A stretch of DNA of 64,000 bases from an uncultured Candidatus Sumerlaeota bacterium (GTDB lineage Bacteria > CAYMEV01), in the NCBI GenBank assembly GCA_964389675.1, contig CAYMEV010000007.1, positions 1 to 64,000 on the forward strand. The letters run 5' to 3'. The notes below the pieces were generated by a model that saw only the letters and a list, made by a program, of their open reading frames with translations, was not told where the DNA came from and did not search any database. Shown piece by piece: positions 1-8,500 of this stretch (the stretch's first letter is position 1; each line of letters begins with the position of its first letter). The position numbers and the translations under genes were made by a program.

Positions 1-941
1 GCAGGCTTGGAATACCGACATTTTCATCAGGGGATGCTCAGGAAATAGCTGAAGCTTCAGCTGCAATGTTTGGGGGCAAGCTTTCAGCTCTTGAGATACT
101 GAAGCATTTTGGTCATGATATACCCGCAATTGAAGATTTGAGAAAAAAGCAGCAGGTGCTTTCTTTGAGGCCCCAAAAGCTTTTTGATTATAAGCCGGAA
201 TCTTTTGCTGATAAAGCTGTATTCCCGGTACTTCACTGTGTTGAGGAGATACCCTGCAATCCCTGCATATCCGTTTGTCCTGCAAAAAGCATCAGCCTGA
301 ATAATATAAGAAATGATATTCTTGATATTCCTGTATTTGAAGGAAATTGTACCGGGTGCGGAAAATGCGCCCTTATATGCCCTGGCCTTGCCATTACAAT
401 GATTGACAGGAGGAAAAGCCCTGAGGGCCATGTTCATCTGACAATCCCCTTTGAAATTACTCCAAAATTCAGGGTGGGTGATTTTGTTAAGACTGTTGAT
501 ATTGACGGGAATTTTGTTGCAGAGGCAGAAGTTACAGCAATCAGGGACAGGAAAATCCAGGACAGAAGGCTTCTTGTGACCCTTATTGTTCCTGAAGGCA
601 TAGCTCATACAATAGTCGGGATTATGGTTCAGGATAAAGCAAAACTGGAGATCCCTCACAAGGCTGATATCGAATACATGGATGATGATACCATAATATG
701 CAGATGTGAAAGGGTAACAGCAGGAGAGATAAGGAAGCTTATCAGGGAGGGAATTACGGACCTGAACCAGATGAAATCCATAAGGGTTGGAATGGGAGCC
801 TGCGGAGGACGGACCTGCTATGACCTTGTAATTAAACTGCTAAAAAGCGAAGGTATTGAAGTATCTGAAAAGCCAAGGACAAGGCCAGTCTATTCTGAGA
901 CACCTGTTTCCATGTTTGCAGGGATTAAAGGAGAGAAATAA
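1..941 (+). CDS. 5'-truncated FAD-dependent oxidoreductase, sarcosine oxidase alpha/proline dehydrogenase/HcnB-like, with fused 2x[4Fe-4S] ferredoxin and C-terminal BFD-like [2Fe-2S] domain
   Basis: Frame is open from base 3 (RLGIPTFSSGDAQEIAEASAAMFGG, typical end of a Pyr_redox FAD domain), so the gene starts upstream of the window. Motifs: CxxxxxCNPCISVCP, CTGCGKCALICPG, ICRCE...GMGACGGRTC...RP. Confidence 0.85.
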   Translation, partial: RLGIPTFSSGDAQEIAEASAAMFGGKLSALEILKHFGHDIPAIEDLRKKQQVLSLRPQKLFDYKPESFADKAVFPVLHCVEEIPCNPCISVCPAKSISLNNIRNDILDIPVFEGNCTGCGKCALICPGLAITMIDRRKSPEGHVHLTIPFEITPKFRVGDFVKTVDIDGNFVAEAEVTAIRDRKIQDRRLLVTLIVPEGIAHTIVGIMVQDKAKLEIPHKADIEYMDDDTIICRCERVTAGEIRKLIREGITDLNQMKSIRVGMGACGGRTCYDLVIKLLKSEGIEVSEKPRTRPVYSETPVSMFAGIKGEK

Positions 942-2096
942 ATGAACCGCAGTTATGATATAATAATTATAGGTGCAGGAAGTGTCGGGACCCCCCTGTC
1001 CTATCAGCTTGCTAAGGAGGGATTCAGTGTATGTGTTATTGAGAAGGAAGCCTCATTCGGGCAGGGTGAGAATAAGGCTGCTATTGGAGGGATAAGGGCA
1101 ACACATACCGAAGAGGCGAAGATATATATCTGCCAGGAATCCCTTGATATATTCTCAAACTGGAAGGAGACCTGCGGAGACGACCTTGGATGGAAGATGG
1201 GAGGCTATACATATCCGGTTTATACACTGGAGCTGGAAAAAACACTCAAAAACCAGGTGAAGCTTCAGAAAGATTTTGGGCTTAAGATCGATTATATTGG
1301 CAAAGAAGATATGATGGAGCTTATACCCCGGATAAATTCAAACGGTTTGCTTGGAGGCACCTATTCTCCTGAAGACGGTAGTGCAAGCCCTATACAGTCA
1401 GCAGTTGCATTCTATAAAAGGGCAAAAAGCCTTGGCGTATCATTTTCTTTCCGGGAGAATGTAAGATTATTGAAGATTAAGAATCAGAGGATTGCAGAGG
1501 TAATAACAGACAAAAACAGGTACTCATCGAGTTATGTAATAAATGCTTCAGGTTCTTATGCAAGTGACCTGGGAAAAATGGCAGGGGTGGACCTGCCTGT
1601 TGTTCCCGATTGCCATGAAGCAGGTATCACGGAACCTGTTCAATGCTTTTTCAGGCCAATGGTTGTAGATATGAGAAAAACAGAAGATTCAAGCAATTTT
1701 TATTTCTATCAGTCTGAAACCGGGCAGATAGTTTTCTGCATTACTCCAGACCCGCCTGTTTATGGTGTAAACAGCAGAAGTACCTCAAGTTTTCTGCCCA
1801 TGGTATCAAAGAGAATGGTAGAGCTTTATCCCAGGCTGATGAACATAAGGGTAAGAAGGGTGTGGAGGGGGCAGTACCCGAATACACCGGATGGATTCCC
1901 CATAATAGATTTTAACAGAGATATAGGAAATCTGATAAATGTTGTCGGCATGTGCGGCCAGGGTTTTATGATGGGACCTGGCCTGGCAGCGGTTGTATCA
2001 AGAAAGATATCGGGAAAATCAACAGAAAAGGATAATGTTATCCTGAGAAGATTAAGACTGGATAGGGACTATTCAGGCAAGGAAGAATTTAAATAA
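942..2096 (+). CDS. FAD-dependent amino-acid oxidase (DAO family; sarcosine oxidase beta/proline dehydrogenase beta-like)
   Basis: N-terminal IIIIGAGSVG dinucleotide fold; WRGQYPNTPDGFPII; GMCGQGFMMGP; ATG directly follows the upstream TAA. Confidence 0.9.
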   Translation: MNRSYDIIIIGAGSVGTPLSYQLAKEGFSVCVIEKEASFGQGENKAAIGGIRATHTEEAKIYICQESLDIFSNWKETCGDDLGWKMGGYTYPVYTLELEKTLKNQVKLQKDFGLKIDYIGKEDMMELIPRINSNGLLGGTYSPEDGSASPIQSAVAFYKRAKSLGVSFSFRENVRLLKIKNQRIAEVITDKNRYSSSYVINASGSYASDLGKMAGVDLPVVPDCHEAGITEPVQCFFRPMVVDMRKTEDSSNFYFYQSETGQIVFCITPDPPVYGVNSRSTSSFLPMVSKRMVELYPRLMNIRVRRVWRGQYPNTPDGFPIIDFNRDIGNLINVVGMCGQGFMMGPGLAAVVSRKISGKSTEKDNVILRRLRLDRDYSGKEEFK

Positions 2097-2106
2097 GGAG
2101 CACCAT

Positions 2107-2328
2107 ATGTCAGATATATATGAAATAGTGTCCGCAGTTTTGGGAACACCTGTTAATGAACTGTGTGGCAGCGATGATATAAAGAAGGACCTTGGGGCGG
2201 ATTCTGTAGATATAGTTGATATACTGGACAGGATCGAGCTGGTTTTTGGAATCCATATTCCTGATAGTGAAGCCCCTAACCTGCTTACGATCTCTGATTT
2301 TGAAAATTATATTAATAACCGTAAATGA
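2107..2328 (+). CDS. acyl/peptidyl carrier protein
   Basis: 73 aa, acidic, DLGADSVD phosphopantetheine attachment motif, FGIHIPD; SD AAGGAG upstream. Confidence 0.9.
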   Translation: MSDIYEIVSAVLGTPVNELCGSDDIKKDLGADSVDIVDILDRIELVFGIHIPDSEAPNLLTISDFENYINNRK

Positions 2329-3731
2329 GGCAATTGGTGCCTTCATTCCAGAAAATTTTATCAAGAACAGTAAATGAATTTTCATCAAAGGTATTTCTCC
2401 GGGACAATAAAACAGCTATAAGCTATAGCCAGCTTCCCTCAATTCTTCACAATATAAATTCCATTATGATTGAATCCGGCATAAGGAGGGGAGATATAGC
2501 AGGCATATGCATCAGCAAGGGGCCTTTGCTGTCGCTTGCCTATATGACATGTTTCTATGCAGGGTACATAGCTCTCCCCATAAGCACGTCAAGGACATCA
2601 GCTTTTCTGAAAGACCTTAATATTCCGGTAAAGATAATCATTTCCGATAGGGATATAAAAGAAGGATCAGTTAATATTTCCAGGCTCAATATTCTTAGAA
2701 AATCCGCTGATTCATTGCCAGAAGAGGGTGTTAACCCGGAAGAAACAGTATATTTTAACATTACATCAGGGACAACCAGCAGGCCAAAGGTTGCCAGGTG
2801 CAGCTTTTCATCCATCTACCATAATACAAAAAGCGTCATTGACCATTTCAGGTTCAACCATAATGATTCTCACATCTGTATGTTCCCATCCCATCTCCAT
2901 CCTCATGAATTTTTCATAAGAGCGCTGATGACAGGAGGGAGTGCATTTATTAAAGAAAATCTTCTTCCCAGGGACATACCGGAAGTATTGGAGAAGAATC
3001 GAATATCTGCATTAATGGCAACCCCCACCATACAGAAGGCAATGATCCGCTTTTCAAGGGCATGCAGGAATGCCTACAGATACACGAGGCTGTTTGAGGC
3101 TGGTGGTATGATCACGGATATTTCTATCAGAAAGGAATTCCCGGAAAGGACCGGGAGAGACATTACCCCAGTATGGGGAAGCACTGAGACCCTGGGTGTC
3201 GCTCTTGTCCTTGACCCAGCTGAGCCCTTTATACCTAACCTTATCGGGTCACCAATAAGAGGCTATGAAGCAAAGCTGAAACCTGTTGATGATGACCCTG
3301 ACGAAGGTATCATGGTAATAAAGGGAAGGGGGACCATGACCGGCTACTATATGGGTGAGGATATCCATTCCGGATTTGATACAGGTGATATAGTTAAAAA
3401 CCAGGATAACCGGATTATTTTTCTGGGCAGGTCAGACAATATGATAAAAAAAGGTGGCATGAGGATATATCCGGAGGAGCTGTCAGCCAGAATTAGAAAG
3501 CTGGATTTCATAAAAGACTCAGCAATAATCACAGTTGATCATCCCCTGTATGGCAAGGACATAGTACTTTTTCTGGAGCTTGAAAAAGAATTGAGAATAA
3601 AAGATATAAAGAGGAAGCTTATAGAAACCCTTGAAGAACATGAGCTGCCGCATTCTATCAGAATATTGAAGGAAATGCCGTATTATGCCTCGGGTAAAAT
3701 AGATTATAAAGCCTTAAGGTTACTGATTTAG
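2325..3731 (+). CDS. AMP-forming adenylation enzyme (acyl-CoA synthetase/ANL superfamily)
   Basis: TSGTTSRPK, WGSTE, DTGD, GRSDNMIKKGG, SGKID motifs; ATGA overlap with the ACP stop. Confidence 0.88.
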   Translation: MRQLVPSFQKILSRTVNEFSSKVFLRDNKTAISYSQLPSILHNINSIMIESGIRRGDIAGICISKGPLLSLAYMTCFYAGYIALPISTSRTSAFLKDLNIPVKIIISDRDIKEGSVNISRLNILRKSADSLPEEGVNPEETVYFNITSGTTSRPKVARCSFSSIYHNTKSVIDHFRFNHNDSHICMFPSHLHPHEFFIRALMTGGSAFIKENLLPRDIPEVLEKNRISALMATPTIQKAMIRFSRACRNAYRYTRLFEAGGMITDISIRKEFPERTGRDITPVWGSTETLGVALVLDPAEPFIPNLIGSPIRGYEAKLKPVDDDPDEGIMVIKGRGTMTGYYMGEDIHSGFDTGDIVKNQDNRIIFLGRSDNMIKKGGMRIYPEELSARIRKLDFIKDSAIITVDHPLYGKDIVLFLELEKELRIKDIKRKLIETLEEHELPHSIRILKEMPYYASGKIDYKALRLLI

Positions 3732-3761
3732 CCCGGTATTGAAAAATTAAATTAAAATTCC

Positions 3762-3789
3762 TTGATAAAGGATCAATAAGGTTTATAAT
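3762..3789 (+). promoter_or_regulatory. sigma-70-type promoter for the YidB-like gene
   Basis: TTGATA-16 bp-TATAAT. Confidence 0.55.
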
Positions 3790-3946
3790 ATCAAAAATAA
3801 ATTCTGAATGCTGCAAACACTGAAAAAGCATTATATATATATTTTCCATTGAGAATAAACCATGATGCAGGCTTTATTATGAGCTTAAAAGCATATTAAT
3901 AACTTTGCAGGACATGGGTTATTTAATGTATAAAGGAGAAAAAAAG

Positions 3947-4354
3947 ATGGGATTATTAGATTCATTAATGGGCTCATTAAAAGGTGGCTCTAAAAGAGAA
4001 GGGAAAAGCCAGATTGCAGACATGCTGATGCAGATGGTCGGAAGTCCGGAGATAGGAGGCATGCAGGGGCTCGTGAAAATGTTTCAGGATGGAGGCCTGG
4101 GCAGTGAGGTAATGTCATGGATAGGTAAGGGGAAGAACATGCCAGTTTCTGTGGATCAGATTATGCAGATATTTTCCAAGGGAAAGCTTACAGAAATAGC
4201 CAGTAAACTGGGTATTTCAGAAAAAAAAGCAGCAGCGGGGATCAAGGACTTATTGCCAAATATCATTGATAAGCTCACGCCTGAAGGGGATGTTCCTGAT
4301 GATGATATGCTTTCAAAGGGTATAGATATGCTGAAAGGGAGCCTTTTCCGCTAA
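3947..4354 (+). CDS. YidB/DUF937 family protein
   Basis: MGLLDSLMG...GGMQGLVKMFQDGGLG..VMSWIGKGKNMPVS...LLPNIIDKLTPEG pattern; start moved to ATG 3947 after SD AAGGAG. Confidence 0.85.
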   Translation: MGLLDSLMGSLKGGSKREGKSQIADMLMQMVGSPEIGGMQGLVKMFQDGGLGSEVMSWIGKGKNMPVSVDQIMQIFSKGKLTEIASKLGISEKKAAAGIKDLLPNIIDKLTPEGDVPDDDMLSKGIDMLKGSLFR

Positions 4355-4432
4355 TCAGCCTCTGCCTGGATACTGCCTGTTCAGGATCTGAATCTTGAGG
4401 GTGGAGATAAGAAATTTTTTGCTTTATCAACT

Positions 4433-4522
4433 GGAGAGGTGGCCGAGTGGACTAAGGCGCTTGACTCGAAATCGAGTAGACAGTGATGAGCTGCCTCGTG
4501 GGTTCAAATCCCACCCTCTCCG
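4433..4522 (+). tRNA. tRNA-Ser (anticodon CGA), long variable arm, CCA not encoded
   Basis: Acceptor stem GGAGAGG/CCTCTCC plus discriminator G; D arm GCCGAGTGGACTAAGGC; anticodon arm CTTGA-CT CGA AA-TCGAG; T arm GTGGG-TTCAAAT-CCCAC. Confidence 0.96.
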
Positions 4523-4567
4523 TTAAAGCGAAATTCAATTCCATGCAAATCGCGGAGAGTATATTAT

Positions 4568-5260
4568 TTAAAATCCAATAATATTTCTAATAAGGAAATA
4601 TATGATAGGCATAAAAACTGAAGGAAGCATATTCCCGACTTTTATTTTATGAGAGAGAAGCATTGAGAATCCCAGCCCCATTATAAGCAATCCGCCGGTT
4701 GCTGACATCTGCAGTATTACTGTATCATTGAGAACACCTGTCAGAAAACCCGCTAGAAGTGTTATAAGGCCCTGGTAGACAAAAACAGAGATCGCGGAAA
4801 AAATAACACCCACACCCAGAGTTGATGCAAGCACAATAGAAATTATCCCGTCTAAAACTGATTTTGCAAAAAGTATCTCATGATTATTTTCAAGGCCGCT
4901 CTCCAGTGCTCCCATTACAGCCATTGCCCCAACGCAGTAGAGCAGGCTTGCTGTAACAAATCCCTTGCTGAATGCAGAACCTTCCTGAGTAAACCTTTTT
5001 TCCATCTTTTTCCCAAGATTATCAAGCCTTTTTTCAATATCAATGCTTTCCCCTGCAAAAGTGCCTATTACAATGAAAAAGATTATTTCCAGAATAAAAG
5101 ACTGGCCTTTCATTGCGCTTTCAAGCCCAATTATTATAACACATAAACCTACACCCTGGATGATTGTCTGAGTCATTTTTTCGCGTATTCCGCCTTTTAA
5201 GATCAAACCCAGAAAACTGCCGGCTATTATTGCAGCTGCATTTACTATTGTCCCTAACAC
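4568..5260 (-). CDS. DUF554 (YdfK-like) membrane protein
   Basis: MLGTIVNAAAII, GFVTASLLYCVGAMA, KSVLDG, GNMLPS motifs; hydrophobic. Confidence 0.9.
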   Translation of the reverse strand: MLGTIVNAAAIIAGSFLGLILKGGIREKMTQTIIQGVGLCVIIIGLESAMKGQSFILEIIFFIVIGTFAGESIDIEKRLDNLGKKMEKRFTQEGSAFSKGFVTASLLYCVGAMAVMGALESGLENNHEILFAKSVLDGIISIVLASTLGVGVIFSAISVFVYQGLITLLAGFLTGVLNDTVILQMSATGGLLIMGLGFSMLLSHKIKVGNMLPSVFMPIIYFLIRNIIGF

Positions 5261-5550
5261 TATTAATCATGCCACCTTAATATTTGTGATGAAAATCTCA
5301 TATTCATATCAAATGTCAATATAAAAGATAATCAAAACCAGGTGCAGATATCTTTCTGCAGCGGATACTATTTTTTTGGCCTGAAGAAGCATTTGCAGCA
5401 GGTATTGCTTCTTTTAATAGCCTGGCCTTTTAATAAAATATTATCTGTACCGGAGCCTTCATCAGAAAAACAGGTACCGGTATCAGCCAGGCAATGTCCT
5501 TACGCTGGTAAGTTTTGCCGCTTTTAGAGACTCAGTCATAAGAAAGCAGA

Positions 5551-5584
5551 CAGCCCGGGGACTGAAAAAAACAGCCCCGGGCTG
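5551..5584 (-). terminator. GC-rich hairpin downstream of the large autolysin gene
   Basis: CAGCCCGGGG(A)CTG ... CAGCCCCGGGCTG inverted repeat, 10 bp past the stop; no clear U tail. Confidence 0.6.
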
Positions 5585-5594
5585 CAGGATAAGG

Positions 5595-8500
5595 CTATTG
5601 TATTGCTGTCCCGGCATTTGTATCAGCATTTGCTGCCAGGAGCTCCCATGCACCAGTGGATGATTTTCTCAAATAAATACTCCCTGTCGATGTTTCACAT
5701 GCAATTAGATCATCACTGGCGCCACCTGTGAATTTTCCTGATATTATTCTTTTAAGTGATGCGATTACAAGGGTATTCCAGCCCTTTGCATCATAGCTGT
5801 AATAATATGTCCTGTTCTGATATGTAAATATGACTTCAGCTCCTCCACCTGCTGTTATATCGCCTGATGAAACATAGTGCCCCGTGTCAGGTGTTCCCAG
5901 TGTCAGTCTGTTGAACTGATAACCTTTGGCTTCTCCACCTCTGGGTACCCATTTAAAGTTTTCAGGTATATCATTGATCAGATCAAAGCATTTGCTGCTT
6001 TCCAAAATGCCTTCATTATTGTTCTTAGACGGCAGATATCGGACAAGGTATATACCGAAACCACCAAATACACATACCATCTCCGTATATCCGTCCCCGG
6101 TTATATCGTCTGCTGCAACCTGCGAAGGGCTGATATTAAGTATGCTGGAAAATGTTGATGTGGCAAAATCATAGAGGTAAAGGCCTGAATATCCTGAAAA
6201 TACGATGATCAGATCATCAAGGGCATCTATATCCCTGTTGATGTCAGCTGAAACCATAATATCTGCAGGCATGCTGGAAATAGATGACCAGCTGCCATTG
6301 AATACCCATTTGAAGATACCGTTTTCCTGCATTGAGGCTATTATCTGGAGAGGTCCTCCAGCAGCTGTCTCTGCTAATGTAAATTCAGTAATTCCTGTTG
6401 TATTGCCTGCTATGTTTATCCACTGTAATGCAGATAAATCGTAGTACCACAATCCGTATCCGGGAAGCAGTGCTACCAGTTCAAGGTTTCCGTTATCTGA
6501 GATATCACCTGCCATTATCTTTGATGCAGGGATATCTGCAAGGATCTGTACCCAGCTTGAACCCTTTTCAGATATATCAGAGGATCTGGAACTGCTGTAA
6601 GTCCATTGCCAGATTCCGCTTAAAGAGGCATCCTCAAGGCTTAATGCGGCACTGATATAATTTGATGTATCTTCCTGTATTAATGCTGTAAATTCAACAT
6701 TCCTTGAGGGCATTATAAAGTATGTCTCAGAGGAATATGGATCATTCAGGAGTGCGGTATCCTCAGCCGGGCCTGACCACTCACTGAAGATATAACCCTC
6801 CGGGATACCTGCAGATATGTATACAATATCACCTTCCTCATAGTCGCCCGCCCCGCTCAGTGTCACTGATCCGTCAGCATACAGGCTGACCGAGTAGAAT
6901 ACGGCAGATTCAATATTCATGATGACAGCATTCGATGGATCTGATTCCTCCTGGTCATATACAGCAGTTACGGTATAAGAATACTGTCCGTCAGCAAGAT
7001 CCTGGTCAAGATAGCCCAGCGTTCCGGGACTGGATATGGTAGCTATCAGCGAACCGTTCCTGTAGACTTTATATCCTGTCGGAGAACTTACCGGGTAATC
7101 CACTGCTATATCAGTATAGTAATGGCATACGATCTGCTGCCATGTATATCCCATATCAGCCATATTTTTTGATCCCCACTGGGCCATCCCCACTCCATGC
7201 CCATAGTAGTAGTCATATCCACAGGGGCTGGGGACTGACCTCAGGTAAGCAATGGGGTCTCCGCCCCATACATCTTCATTGTTCTTGGTGTAACCGTTGC
7301 TATGTGAAAAAAATACTGACTGTATTATGTTTCCCCCGTATTTAAGCGAATGCCCTGAAGTAGCTTCTACAGCTTCGTCAGTACTTGCATAATGGTCCGG
7401 GCCCCATGCCTGGCAGCAGGTGGTTGTGCATACGTCAGCTCCAACATCATTATGTTTGCTCGTAATTGCCGCATAGCAGCGTGCTGCCATCGCCTGAGCC
7501 CTCAATGCCTGCTGATCCCAGGAGGTATATACCTCTTTAGGTACAACTCCCTTTAGATATTCATCCATTTCCATTACCACAACGGAACCGTCAGTCATTA
7601 ATACTCTTCTTGTTGCAGGGAGCTGGGTTATCTTTGCAATATGCTCATTATCCAGTATGCTGTTAGAAGACAGTGGGTATTTCTTCATGATTTTCCTCAT
7701 CTGCTCTTCTGTTGGGTTTGCAGGAGCCATGTTGATTGTCTGAAATTCATGCTTCTGGCTTTGTGTATAGAATTTTCTTGTCATTGCAATATAGCCGTCT
7801 TTATACAATTTAAGGCCAGTCGTATTTATTGAATCAATCTCAACACTGAAATATCCCCTGCTGTCAGTATAACCGAGCAGCTTTTCATCCGGCTCGCCAT
7901 AGATCTCTGCTCCCCAGACGCCAGCGTCCTCAGCCATGCAAAGGGTTCTTCCCTTTATTTCCAGGGGTTTGCCAGGTCTGCTGCATGATGTATTATGAAG
8001 AACCTTGCTTCCGGGCGGGCTCCAGTTAAGCTGGACATCATTCTGATTTACAATTTCTCCTGTAAGGTTCAATGGCGGGTTATATGCAGGATTCCCGGTG
8101 ACAGTGATTGCAAAATATATCTGGCTGTCTTCAGGCCCTCCCTGATCGCTGAACCATGCATATCCATCCTGATAAAGGTTGAAATATTCAGTATACTGAA
8201 CAGTGTTCTCAGTCACTGGCGCCTGTACAGTAAAACTGTATTGAGTCACCTGGCCAGGGAGGCAGTTCTTGACTGCCTGCATGACCTCAGCCTCAGAGAT
8301 CCAGCTGCTGTGATAAAAAAGGCTGTTCCTCATTCTCGGATTCGTTGTAGCAAGGATTGTGCTGCTGCTGAAGGAATTGCTTCCTGTATTCAGTATATTG
8401 ATTGCAACGGTTCCTGTAGCTCCGCTCTCCATCGTAGAAGGATATGTAATATAGCTCATTTCGGCAGCAAAACCATCACGATTGCCTCCTGCTGTGTATT

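Noticed and set aside
4433..4522. Selenocysteine tRNA because of the long variable arm
   Set aside because: The anticodon is CGA and the acceptor stem is 7 bp, so it is an ordinary tRNA-Ser
5281..5550. Riboswitch or ncRNA upstream of the DUF554 gene, or the 61-aa ORF 5342-5527
   Set aside because: Only short imperfect hairpins, with no recognisable aptamer consensus; the ORF has no SD or protein-like features
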